Assembly: GCA_963850905.1 (NCBI GenBank) | Contig: CAWKMU010000003.1 | Span: 3,008,001-3,072,000 of the forward strand | DNA from: an uncultured Gemmatimonadales bacterium | Lineage (GTDB): Bacteria > Gemmatimonadota > Gemmatimonadetes > Gemmatimonadales > Gemmatimonadaceae | Length of the DNA: 64,000 bases | Direction of reading: 5' to 3' | Shown: piece by piece, positions 32,144 through 41,753 of the stretch | Layout of the letters: every line of letters starts with the position of its first letter | Position numbering within the stretch: position 1 is the stretch's first letter | Translations under genes and position numbers: made by a program | Notes under the pieces: model-generated | What the model saw: the letters and a program-made list of their open reading frames with translations, nothing else | What the model was told of the DNA's origin: nothing | Database searches by the model: none

Positions 32144-32238
32144 GACCGGTAGGGGCGACGCATTGCGTCGCCCGTTGTTGTCGTTGGCGTTGTCGTCCCT
32201 GACCCACGCATCGTGTAGGGGCGGCCTCCAGGCCGGCC
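32144..32238 (+). repeat. Composite GTAG REP element (two REPs separated by a GTTG-rich linker)
   Basis: gaccggtaggggcgacgcattgcgtcgccc + gttgttgtcgttggcgttgtcg + gtaggggcggcctccaggcc. Confidence 0.75.
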
Positions 32239-32505
32239 GGTTCGCCGCCATTCGCGACGTGAGCGAGCAATGCCAAGACGCGGCAGCAACATAGTTTACT
32301 AGCACGGGTTCGAGTAGAGTGTAAAGGTGGTGCGCGCGTACGGACGCCTGCACCAGCCTCGCGCCACATCGCTCGGGTTACCCATTGGGCCCCTCGAAAC
32401 GCGGCGGGGCATTCCGACACCGGCCCGCTCGTGCCATGATTGGCAGCGCCGGAAGCCGACCAGGCCCCGGCTCGTTGATACCGCCTCACACCCAATGGAG
32501 TGTAG

Positions 32506-34431
32506 ATGATCCGCCACACGATCTGTCTCGGCCTCGTCGCCCTGGCCGCCGCCGGTTGTGGGAGTAACGCCGGTTCGACGTCCGGTTCCCCTGCGTTCAC
32601 TCTGCGCAAGGTCATGGTCCCCGTGCGCGATGGCGTGCACTTGGAGACGGTGATCCTCACGCCGGCCCACCAGAATGGACCGCTGCCGATCTTGCTCACG
32701 CGGACGCCCTACGGCGTCCCGGACAGCGCGCCGGGCAGCGTGCCGACCGAGCTCAAGGAGCTGGCGCAGGACGGCTACATCTTTGTCGTCCAGAATCTGC
32801 GCGGGCGGTTCAAGTCGGAAGGCCACTTCAGTCTTTCATCGTCTGGCCACATCGACCTCAAGGACCCCAAGGCGACGAGCGAGACGACTGACGCCTATGA
32901 CACCATTGATTGGCTGATCAAGAATGTCCCGAACAACAACGGGAAGGTCGGGATGTTCGGCGTGTCGTACGACGGGCTCACGACTGCGATGACGTTGCTG
33001 CAGCCGCATCCTGCGCTGAAGGCGATTAGTGAGCAGGCGTCGCCAGTCGACCAGTGGATGAACGACGACATGCACCGGTACGGTGCCCTCCGCGAGAGCT
33101 ACAACTTCGAGTACTCGGTCATGGAAGAGGCCAGCGACACCGAGAATACCCATTTCACCTTCAACACCTACGACACATACGACTGGTATCTGAACCTTGG
33201 CCCGTTGTCCAACGCCGATGCCAAGTATCTGCACGGGAAGATCCCGTACTGGGACTCGACGATGAAGCATGCGAACTATGATTCATACTGGAAGGACGAG
33301 GCGTGGGTGAACCAGCTGCATGCGTCCTCCGTGCCCAACCTCAACGTGGCCGGCTTCTGGGATCAAGAAGATCCCTGGGGGCCGTGGCAGATCTTTCAGC
33401 ACGCGGGCGAGCATGATCCTGATCATACGGACTTCATGGTCGCCGGCCCGTGGTTCCACGGTGGATGGCAGGGACCCAAGGGCGATAGCCTTGGCCTCTT
33501 GACCTTCGGTGGCCACGAGACTGCGCGTGAATTTCGCGAGCAGGTCGAAGCGCCATTCTTCCGGTACTACCTCCACGGCGTCGGCGACAAACCGACCTGG
33601 CAAGCGACAATGTTCCAGTCCGGGTCCAACACCTGGCGCACCTATCCTGCGTGGCCGCCGAAGCAAGCCGTGATGACGAACCTGTACCTGCACGCCGATG
33701 GTAGCCTTTCGTTCACCGCGCCGACGGGCGGCTATCGGGAGTATGTCTCAGATCCGGCCAATCCCGTGCCCTATCGACGCCGTCCCATTTCGCCGACGTA
33801 CCCGTCGGGAGATTGGCGCACGTGGGAGGCTGCAAGCCAGGAGTTTGTCGATAACCGTCCCAATGTCCTGACCTACGTCAGCGCGCCGCTCGATCATGAT
33901 ATCACCGTCACGGGTCCGGTCACGGCCAAGGTGTTCGCGTCGACCTCGGGTACGGACGCGGATTTCATCGTCAAGCTGATCGACGTTTATCCCGAGAGCG
34001 CCCAAGCCAACCCGTGGAAGCCGGAGGAAGGGCCTGCACCCGGGCAATACGGGCGCTCGCTCAACGGCTACGAGTTACCGATCGCCATGGAGGTTCGGCG
34101 CGGCCGCTATCTCGAGAGCTATGAGCAGCCTCGGCCGCTGGTGGCCGGGAAGCCAATTGCATGGGATTTCTCGCTGCGAGATCGCGACCACGTGTTCCTG
34201 AAGGGCCATCGATTGATGGTCCAAGTCCAATCGACCTGGTTCCCCGTCATCGACCGCAATCCGCAGAGATACGTGCCAAGTATTTACCAGGCGACCGCGA
34301 GCGACTTCGTAAAAGCGACACAGCGCGTCTACAGTTCCGCGGATATGGCGTCTCGGATCCAGCTACCGATCATGCCGACGCAAGTCGCCTCTGAACCCGC
34401 CAAGCCCAATGCCAAGAATGCTGGCTCGTAG
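32506..34431 (+). CDS. CocE/NonD family hydrolase (alpha-amino acid ester hydrolase-like) lipoprotein
   Basis: VRDGVHL, RTPY, nucleophile GVSYDG, WDQED, GPWFHG and HVFLKGHRLMVQVQSTWFP; lipobox AAGC. Confidence 0.9.
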   Translation: MIRHTICLGLVALAAAGCGSNAGSTSGSPAFTLRKVMVPVRDGVHLETVILTPAHQNGPLPILLTRTPYGVPDSAPGSVPTELKELAQDGYIFVVQNLRGRFKSEGHFSLSSSGHIDLKDPKATSETTDAYDTIDWLIKNVPNNNGKVGMFGVSYDGLTTAMTLLQPHPALKAISEQASPVDQWMNDDMHRYGALRESYNFEYSVMEEASDTENTHFTFNTYDTYDWYLNLGPLSNADAKYLHGKIPYWDSTMKHANYDSYWKDEAWVNQLHASSVPNLNVAGFWDQEDPWGPWQIFQHAGEHDPDHTDFMVAGPWFHGGWQGPKGDSLGLLTFGGHETAREFREQVEAPFFRYYLHGVGDKPTWQATMFQSGSNTWRTYPAWPPKQAVMTNLYLHADGSLSFTAPTGGYREYVSDPANPVPYRRRPISPTYPSGDWRTWEAASQEFVDNRPNVLTYVSAPLDHDITVTGPVTAKVFASTSGTDADFIVKLIDVYPESAQANPWKPEEGPAPGQYGRSLNGYELPIAMEVRRGRYLESYEQPRPLVAGKPIAWDFSLRDRDHVFLKGHRLMVQVQSTWFPVIDRNPQRYVPSIYQATASDFVKATQRVYSSADMASRIQLPIMPTQVASEPAKPNAKNAGS

Positions 34432-34546
34432 CCGCCTCACCGCCGTGGTTGGGCCGGGTCGGGTCCCCAACACTTACCATCGCCGCTTGGCGGCGCTACG
34501 TTCTGCGCCTCCACGAAATCCACCTGTCACGTCATGGGTTCAGGCA

Positions 34547-36430
34547 ATGAAATCCAATTTCTTGTCTCGGCGTTTGTGTGCGCGTCCAAGTAGCGCGCGA
34601 ATCTTCTCGTTTCTGGGCACGTGCAGCATCCTTTCGGTTGCGGCGTGCGCTCATCCGAGCGGGTCAGGAGCTGGTGGTGGTCCGGCGCCCGCCAATGATA
34701 TGTCGATGACGCCTCCGAACCCCGACCCGCGCGTCGGTCTCAAGGGCGGGTGGTGGGACGCCGGTGAGGCCATCTGGAACATGCAGGTGGTATCGCACAC
34801 GCGTCCATCAGCGAACTTTACCAACCCGAGCGTGCCTGGCGACTCCCGTCTCAAGAACTCCGATCTGGCGTTCATGGGTAACTACGTCATCCAGGGTAAC
34901 TACAGCGGCATGCAAGTCTGGGACATGACGGACCCTCGGAATGTGAAGCTGCGAGCGTCGTTTGTCTGTCCTGGATCCCAGAGCGACGTTTCGGTCTACG
35001 GGCATCTGCTCTTTGTGTCTGCCGAGGCGACCAACGGGCGCATCGACTGCGGCATTCAAGGCGTGCCTGACACCATCAGCTCGGACCGTGCACGCGGCAT
35101 CCGCATCTACGATATCAGCGACGTGGACCACCCCAAATCGATCAAAGTCGTACAGACCTGTCGTGGCTCCCACACCAATACGCTGGTCACTGATCCGCAC
35201 GACCCGACGAACGTGTACGTCTACGTCTCCGGGTCGGCCAATGTGCGGCCCTCGGGCGAGCTCGCGGGATGCACGTCAGGGCAGCTCGCAGACGATCCGA
35301 ACACGGCGCTGTTCCGAATTGAGGTCATCCAGGTCCCCGTCGACCATCCGGAAGACGCACATATCGTCAGTTCGCCGCGCATCTTCAACGATCTGGTCGC
35401 TTCCAAGCGCCACGGAGAGTCGGCCGCCGATTCAGCAACGCAAGCGGTTGCCCTTGCCCGCGCGGGCATCCCCGCGGGAACGTTGCGTCGTTGGGCAGGG
35501 ATGGGGCCAACGCAGTGTCACGACATTACCGCCTATCCCGCGGTTGGCTTGGCAGGCGGCGCGTGCAGTGGATATGGCTTGTTGCTCGATATTCGCGACC
35601 CGGCACACCCGGTTCGCGTCGCTGCCGTCGTCGACACGAACATGGCGGCGTGGCACTCCGTGACGTTCAATAATGCCGGTACGAAGGTGATCTTCTCGGA
35701 TGAATGGGGCGGCGGCGCTCAGCCGAGATGCCGCGCCACGGACAAGCACGAATGGGGAGCCGACGCCATCTACACGATCGAGAACAACCAGATGACGTTC
35801 CAGAGCTACTACAAGATGTCGGCGCCACAGACGCCGGAAGAGAACTGCGTTGCGCACAACGGCTCGCTCATTCCGATTCCGGGACGCGACATCATGGTGC
35901 AGGCCTGGTACCAGGGTGGCATCTCGGTCTTCGAATGGACCGACCCGAAGCATCCGCAGGAGATCGCATTCTACGATCGTGGGCCAATGGATGCGACCAA
36001 GCTGATCACCGCCGGCTTCTGGTCGGCCTACTGGTACAACGGCTACATCATCGGCTCGGAAGAAGCGCGGGGGTTGGACATCTTCGAGCTGAAGCCGAGT
36101 GGGTTTATCTCGCAGAACGAGATCGACGCGGCCAAGATCGTGAGTATGGGCATCGAGAACGTGCAGGGACAGCCGCAGTTCGCGTGGCCGGCGAGCTTCG
36201 TGCTCGCCCGTGCGTACGTCGATCAGCTGGTGCGGGACCATGGTGTCGCGCCTGATGTCTCCAGTCGCATCTCGCAGGCGCTGGCACAAGCTGAGAAGCA
36301 AGCCGGCCAGCAGCGGAGCGCGTCCCTGACGGCGCTCGCCACCCAACTGGACGGCAATGCACAGGGTGCTAGTGATCCAGGCAAAATGCGGTTGTTGGCG
36401 GCTGAGGTGAGACAGCTCGCAGGGAGCTGA
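34547..36430 (+). CDS. LVIVD-repeat beta-propeller lipoprotein, paralog 5 (intact, short insert)
   Basis: Lipobox VAAC; NPDPRVGL, GSHTNT, CHDIT, WHSVTF, DEWGGG and NCVAHNGS. Confidence 0.85.
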   Translation: MKSNFLSRRLCARPSSARIFSFLGTCSILSVAACAHPSGSGAGGGPAPANDMSMTPPNPDPRVGLKGGWWDAGEAIWNMQVVSHTRPSANFTNPSVPGDSRLKNSDLAFMGNYVIQGNYSGMQVWDMTDPRNVKLRASFVCPGSQSDVSVYGHLLFVSAEATNGRIDCGIQGVPDTISSDRARGIRIYDISDVDHPKSIKVVQTCRGSHTNTLVTDPHDPTNVYVYVSGSANVRPSGELAGCTSGQLADDPNTALFRIEVIQVPVDHPEDAHIVSSPRIFNDLVASKRHGESAADSATQAVALARAGIPAGTLRRWAGMGPTQCHDITAYPAVGLAGGACSGYGLLLDIRDPAHPVRVAAVVDTNMAAWHSVTFNNAGTKVIFSDEWGGGAQPRCRATDKHEWGADAIYTIENNQMTFQSYYKMSAPQTPEENCVAHNGSLIPIPGRDIMVQAWYQGGISVFEWTDPKHPQEIAFYDRGPMDATKLITAGFWSAYWYNGYIIGSEEARGLDIFELKPSGFISQNEIDAAKIVSMGIENVQGQPQFAWPASFVLARAYVDQLVRDHGVAPDVSSRISQALAQAEKQAGQQRSASLTALATQLDGNAQGASDPGKMRLLAAEVRQLAGS

Positions 36431-36555
36431 GCAACGTCTGTCCCGGCGTCGCGCTACGACGACGCAGGGGCGTGCAACACTCCGACCCCCTCGAGGCGAG
36501 ATTGCTCGTGGGGGTTGGTTCTTTTGGTCGACGCCGTGTTCGACCCTCTTCGATG

Positions 36556-36618
36556 GACCGGTAGGGGCGACGCACTGCGTCGAGCGTTGTTGCCGTTGCG
36601 GTTGTCGCTCTACGACCC
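36556..36618 (+). repeat. GTAG REP with GTTG-rich tail, direct repeat of 32144-32205
   Basis: gaccggtaggggcgacgcactgcgtcg...gttgttgccgttgcggttgtcg...gaccc. Confidence 0.7.
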
Positions 36619-36776
36619 TCGACCATGGTCCCTGCAGTTCACCGTTCACTAGTAGCTGAAGGTCGACAGGGAAAGGACCCCGGGGCATCGCGGCGTCGGC
36701 GTCTCGTATGCAGTGCGATGCTGGCTTGGCACTCACCGCCACCCCTCGTCACACGGATTTTTGGGAGGATTTCGCC

Positions 36777-37295
36777 ATGCGACCCGTCACCCCGTCCTTC
36801 ATGACTGCAGCGATCGTTTGCTGTGCGGTTGCGTGTGGCGGCAAGCAGGGCCAACAGGCGCCCGCAACGCTGACACCGACGACGTCAATGGGGGAGGTCA
36901 ACGCCCCAGCAGGGACCGCTGTGCCTGGCGGCGCTGCCTTCAAAGCCGAAATCAACCCGACGAACAATGGCACCGTGACTGGTTTCGCCACGATGAGCGG
37001 AAGTCAGGGAGGCAACTCGACAGTCGTTGCCATGCAGCTCGGCGGCCCGCCCGGCACATACATATGGCACATCCACAACGGGAAGTGCGGCAGCCTCGGC
37101 GCCGTTATGGGTGACAAGTCCAACTATCCGCCCGTCCAGGTAGCCGACAGCGGACACGTCATGTTCCGTACGAACCTCAATTTTTACCCACCCGCGGGTG
37201 GCACCTATGCGATCGAAGTCCATCAGGGGTCGGACCCTGGCTCCGAAGGCAATGTCGTGGCGTGCGGCACGCTGAAAGAGGCGTATGGCCCGTGA
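36777..37295 (+). CDS. Cu/Zn superoxide dismutase-like (SOD-fold) lipoprotein
   Basis: GGAGG RBS; lipobox AVAC; WHIHNGKC, IEVH and C-terminal VACG motifs of the SOD fold. Confidence 0.65.
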   Translation: MRPVTPSFMTAAIVCCAVACGGKQGQQAPATLTPTTSMGEVNAPAGTAVPGGAAFKAEINPTNNGTVTGFATMSGSQGGNSTVVAMQLGGPPGTYIWHIHNGKCGSLGAVMGDKSNYPPVQVADSGHVMFRTNLNFYPPAGGTYAIEVHQGSDPGSEGNVVACGTLKEAYGP

Positions 37296-37299
37296 GGAC

Positions 37300-37410
37300 T
37301 GGACGCTGCTAGACGCTGGACGCTCGACGTTGGAACAAACCTGAGGGCCAGCTAGGTGCACCGGAGCTGGCCCTCAGGTTTGTTCTCCAGCGTCCAACGT
37401 CCAGCGTCTA
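37300..37410. repeat. Heptamer-arm (GGACGCT) long inverted repeat, probable bidirectional terminator
   Basis: tagacgctggacgc...gaacaaacctgagggccagct / agctggccctcaggtttgttc...cagcgtcta between convergent genes. Confidence 0.75.
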
Positions 37411-37413
37411 ACC

Positions 37414-40200
37414 TCACATATTCAGATCGACGCTCATGAAGAGACTTCGGGCCGGTGGATATGGCGTCACATCCTGTCCGCGAGTGACCGGTGTGTTTCC
37501 GAAGTTGCTGACCTCCGGGTCGAGCCCGGAATAGCGGAAACTGGCGAAGACGTTGTGGGCGCTGGCCGACACTCGTGCGCCATGTACAATGCCGCGACCG
37601 AGGCCAAGCCATTGCTGCGGCACGTCGTAGCTCAGGGTGATCTCCCGCACCTTCAGAAAACTCGCCGACTCGACATAGGGCGCTCCTCCCTCGGCGAGTG
37701 CCTGCAGCCGCCGCAGGGACGCCGCTGAGTCGGCGAGGAGGAACAGCCCGTTGTCGTAGTACGCGTTCGTCACGTTGATCACGCTGCCCCCGCGATGCCA
37801 ATCCACGAGCCCATACAGCCGGAACCCGTGCCAGCTGAGGGCATTGCTCAATGTCATCACAAACGTGGGTTGCGCATCTCCGACTTGTTCAGGAGTACCG
37901 TCCGGCGCGCCCTGGTAGACATTTACGATCTCGGAGACTGACCGGCCCACCTGAGCCCAGTACGTTCCGTAGAATCGACCAAACTCCGGGGCGATGGCGA
38001 AGGGGCCGTACGACAGCGCATCCACTCGGCTGTAGTTGCGGGCAAACGTCAGTCCGGCAAGCCAACTCAGGCCGGATGGCCGCTTAAGGGGCCATGCATC
38101 GAGCGACAATTCGATGCCCTGATTGGTGAACGCGCCGCCGTTGGCTGCGCCGCCGGCAAATGATGGCGCCAGAGGCGAGGGTGTCAGCTCCACCAGATTG
38201 CTGACGCGCTTCTGGTACACGGTCGCGGAGAACTGGGCACGCGACTGCAACAATGTGGCGTCGAAGCCCGTCTCGAGCTCGGCGCTCCGCTCAGGCCGGA
38301 GGTGCGTGTCGTCCAGCTGGTAGTAGATGTTGGAATTGGGATTGGGCCCGATGACCACGCCGCGCTCCTCACCCGTCAGCGTGCCGTAGAAGTTTTGCGC
38401 GTTGTTGAAGTTGAAGCCGTATCCAGGGGCCGTGCCTGCCTCGCCGTATGCGACACGGAGTTTCAGTTCGTCGACGACACCGAGAAACTTTGGCACCTCG
38501 TAGGAGGCGCCAAATTTCGGGTACAGATAGACGGCGCTGAAATCGCCGTTGACACTACTGCGCTCCGCCGTGGCGCCGGCCGTGATCGCCAATCGGCTGG
38601 CGAGAGTCGCGACTTGCTCCTGCGCATACACTGCCTGGGAGCGCGCGCGGTACCGATAGGCCAGGTCAACCTCGATTTTCGCCTGGTCAGGCGACATCGC
38701 CCCCGGAGCAAGGCCAACGCCGGCTTCATCGGGGTTCGTCGTCTCCCGATCGTCTTGTGACAGCCCGATAGACGATGTGGCGTCCACATCGCGAAAAGGA
38801 ACGGCGTGGTGGACCAGATTGACCGAGACGTTGTCGTACCCGGTGTATGCGCGGTCGATATTGACGACACCCGGTAACGGGCTGAGCTCCTCCACCTCGA
38901 GAGTTGGGGGCGCGTAGTTCATGTCGCGTTGGTGCCCGACGTCCAGTCCGCCGTCGACTGAGACCTGAAGCGACTGGTTTCCGTGCCGGTATGCGAGCCA
39001 ACGAAGGCTCCCGCCGCCGATGAACCGACTGACCGACGTGGGGGTCTGGATGAGCGCCGCGTCCGCGAACGGGTTGGATGGGGCAAATGGGTTGAGCACC
39101 CAGCTGCCGTTCGGGTTGCGCTTGTCGAGATCGAGGAAGGACGCCGACGTGGCAAAGACATCGTAGGGAGATATGCCGACGTTGTCGTTGCCATTCACGC
39201 CGCGCACGGCCAACGACTGCTGATAGTACAAGCTCGTGGATGCGGACAGGCTCGACGACAGCGTCTGCGTCAGATTGATGCGGGCTGCCCGCTTATTGTA
39301 CCCCGTGTTGCGCATGACCCCGTTGTCGTACTTGGCCAATGCCGAACCGAAGTAGTTCGTACCCCCAGCGACCCCGCGGACACTGAGATCGCCCTCGCCC
39401 GACACCTCGCCGCCCCCATATAGCTGACTTTGGAAGTTCTGGTATCCCGTGTACAGCGAGACCGGGAGGTCGAAGGACTGCTGACCGTCGTTTCGCCACC
39501 ACGCGTTCGCGCTCTCGTATGTCGGGAAGGCCCGCAAGGGCAGTGTGTTCGCCGGGACGTAGCTACCAACGCGCCCTGTCAGCTGCCACTGGGGCCGCGG
39601 CGTTGTACCTCGTCTGGTGGTGATGAGAATGGCTCCGGCGGCACCCTTCGACCCGTAGATCGCCGACGCGGCCGGACCCTTGAGCACCTCGATCCGATCG
39701 ATGTCCGCGGGGTTGATGTCCGCAATGCGGTTCGGGTTGTTGTCCTCGACGTCCTGCGCCAACGGCATCGGGCCGGCCGATGTCACGGCGTTGAGACCGG
39801 AATTCACCGTCTCGTTGTTGGCAATCACCCCGTCGATGACATACAGCGGCTGGGCCGTCGAGTTGATCGATGCCACGCCGCGGATTTGTACCTGCATGCC
39901 GCCGCCGGGCGCACCGCCGTTGTTTTGCTCCACCACCACCCCGGCGATTTGCCCTTGTAGAGCATCCTCGACTGTGGACGCCGGCGTCACGCTCAGCTGC
40001 TCGCGGCCCACGATCCCGATCGATTGCGTCGCGTGCCGCGGGTCGGTCGTCGTCACAAGACCCGTGGCGATCGCCGAATCCGGCGCGAGCGGCATCTGCG
40101 CGGCTCCCACCAGGGGAACCGCGACAGCAAGCACACTCAGGCCGACGACGGCTCCCAGCCAGTGCCGCCGTTGACCACCTGACAGATCTAGGGTGTTCAT
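37414..40200 (-). CDS. susC: SusC/RagA-family TonB-linked outer membrane protein (no SusD partner, no N-terminal extension)
   Basis: Plug motifs PLYVIDG and ADINPADIDRIEVLKGPAASAIYGSKG; C-terminal YSGLDPEV...YPPARS. Confidence 0.9.
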   Translation of the reverse strand: MNTLDLSGGQRRHWLGAVVGLSVLAVAVPLVGAAQMPLAPDSAIATGLVTTTDPRHATQSIGIVGREQLSVTPASTVEDALQGQIAGVVVEQNNGGAPGGGMQVQIRGVASINSTAQPLYVIDGVIANNETVNSGLNAVTSAGPMPLAQDVEDNNPNRIADINPADIDRIEVLKGPAASAIYGSKGAAGAILITTRRGTTPRPQWQLTGRVGSYVPANTLPLRAFPTYESANAWWRNDGQQSFDLPVSLYTGYQNFQSQLYGGGEVSGEGDLSVRGVAGGTNYFGSALAKYDNGVMRNTGYNKRAARINLTQTLSSSLSASTSLYYQQSLAVRGVNGNDNVGISPYDVFATSASFLDLDKRNPNGSWVLNPFAPSNPFADAALIQTPTSVSRFIGGGSLRWLAYRHGNQSLQVSVDGGLDVGHQRDMNYAPPTLEVEELSPLPGVVNIDRAYTGYDNVSVNLVHHAVPFRDVDATSSIGLSQDDRETTNPDEAGVGLAPGAMSPDQAKIEVDLAYRYRARSQAVYAQEQVATLASRLAITAGATAERSSVNGDFSAVYLYPKFGASYEVPKFLGVVDELKLRVAYGEAGTAPGYGFNFNNAQNFYGTLTGEERGVVIGPNPNSNIYYQLDDTHLRPERSAELETGFDATLLQSRAQFSATVYQKRVSNLVELTPSPLAPSFAGGAANGGAFTNQGIELSLDAWPLKRPSGLSWLAGLTFARNYSRVDALSYGPFAIAPEFGRFYGTYWAQVGRSVSEIVNVYQGAPDGTPEQVGDAQPTFVMTLSNALSWHGFRLYGLVDWHRGGSVINVTNAYYDNGLFLLADSAASLRRLQALAEGGAPYVESASFLKVREITLSYDVPQQWLGLGRGIVHGARVSASAHNVFASFRYSGLDPEVSNFGNTPVTRGQDVTPYPPARSLFMSVDLNM

Positions 40201-40499
40201 CGGCAGAAGGAATATGGCCAGCGCACGCGGCGTGCCGCCCACCAAGCACACAACGCGAACACAGATGAGGACCAAACGCTAGTTGCCCGATCGCCCCTGA
40301 CGACTAGCAGGCGCATCGCCACCGGCTGCTGCGCCGTCGTCTACTTTCTACTTTCTGTGCTTCTACTCTCTAGGGCGCACATGCGCCCTGGGCAGACCCA
40401 CACTCTGCGTTATTTGCCTTGCAAGTTGCTCCACGGCACCCTGCCGAGTCCAACCCGAGTAGCGGGGGGTCGCCACCCACGGAGCGGACGGGGGAGACG

Positions 40500-40784
40500 A
40501 TGCGTGTTGAGTGGGTACGGTTGGAGGCGCGCCTCAAGCGGCCGATCAGGGTTGCCGAGTTCGCGATGGCTGTGGACGCGTGGAGCGATGGCTGGACCAA
40601 GCCGCCTGCCGAGATAGCGGAGGCCGTCCGCGCCTGGCGCGACGGCGGCGATGTAGACGCGCGCATGGCACCTATTTGCGCCGAGGTCGCCCGTCGATAC
40701 GGCGGCCGGTTCCAACAACACCCGGGGCTTTCCGCGTACCAGTCCCGAGCCGCGTCCGAGGAACGAAAGGCCGACACGCGGTAG
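40500..40784 (+). CDS. Hypothetical protein
   Basis: GGAG RBS and ATG; 94-aa ORF in a gap with no recognisable motif. Confidence 0.45.
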   Translation: MRVEWVRLEARLKRPIRVAEFAMAVDAWSDGWTKPPAEIAEAVRAWRDGGDVDARMAPICAEVARRYGGRFQQHPGLSAYQSRAASEERKADTR

Positions 40785-40839
40785 GGTAGACGCTGGACGC
40801 GCGTACGATGCCAGGGGCCGATCCCGATGGGCAGCCTTA

Positions 40840-40869
40840 GACCGGTAGGGGCGACGCATCGCGTCGCCC
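40840..40869 (+). repeat. GTAG-family REP palindrome
   Basis: gaccggtag gggcgacgc atc gcgtcgccc. Confidence 0.75.
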
Positions 40870-41021
40870 GCCGTGTGTCGCGATTGCACGATGGAATCGG
40901 CCGGGCGTCATGGCCTACGTTTGCGTCGCAGAACGCCAGCGTCCAGCCTCTAGCCCCTCCCTCTAACCGGCAATCCGCCGCGGCGATAGTCTTCCCACCT
41001 CCGAATCTCCACGGAGGAGTC

Positions 41022-41753
41022 TTGAGGACATCGATACCTTGGCTGGGTGCTGTCCTGCTGTCCGCAGGCACGGCGGCGGCCCAGCCGCCGTGTACCGTTT
41101 CGCATCCGACCGCGACGTTGTCGGTCCCGCACCGGGCCGCGCCCAACACGCTCGCGACGGAGTCGACCTCCCCGATGTGGCGCGGCGCCGCGACGACCTG
41201 GATTTCGATGGACTGCTCGAAGTCCATGGACTACCCGAAGTTGAAGACCGAGGTGCGCGCGTTCTGGACCGATACGGATCTCTACCTGTTGTTCGTTTGC
41301 CCGTACATGGAGCTCAATCTCTTTCTGCCGGCCGACAATCGGCACGCGCGATCGCACCTCTGGGACCGCGATGTCGTCGAGATCTTTCTCGGCGATGACT
41401 GGCAGAACATCCGTCACTATCGCGAGTTCGAGATCGCACCTACTGGCGACTGGATCGACCTGGCGATCGACCTCGATCGTGACCTGCATGACGAGAGCTG
41501 GCGCTCTGGATGGACCACGGCCGCGCATATTGATCCGCTCACGCATGTGTGGTACGCGGCCGCCCGCATTCCCCTCGCGTCGATCAGCTCAGCTCCTATC
41601 CATGCGGGGACGCGGTGGCGCATGAATCTGTATCGGACCGACGGCCTCGGGGCCGACCCGCAGCGACACTTCATGTGCTGGCAGCCGACGTGCGTCGTGG
41701 ACCAGGATCCCAATCACGTCCCGGAGAACTTTGGAACGTTGGTGTTTGAATGA
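41022..41753 (+). CDS. Carbohydrate-binding family 9-like (DOMON-type) exported protein
   Basis: GGAGGAG RBS and TTG start; signal peptide; LWDRDVVEIF, YREFEIAP, WRMNLYR and HVPENFG. Confidence 0.75.
   Translation: MRTSIPWLGAVLLSAGTAAAQPPCTVSHPTATLSVPHRAAPNTLATESTSPMWRGAATTWISMDCSKSMDYPKLKTEVRAFWTDTDLYLLFVCPYMELNLFLPADNRHARSHLWDRDVVEIFLGDDWQNIRHYREFEIAPTGDWIDLAIDLDRDLHDESWRSGWTTAAHIDPLTHVWYAAARIPLASISSAPIHAGTRWRMNLYRTDGLGADPQRHFMCWQPTCVVDQDPNHVPENFGTLVFE

Noticed and set aside
20236..34653. ATCUN-like Cys-Ala-His mature N-terminus in four LVIVD lipoproteins
   Set aside because: ATCUN needs a free N-terminal amine, which is normally acylated in diderm lipoproteins; the motif is absent in paralog 3.
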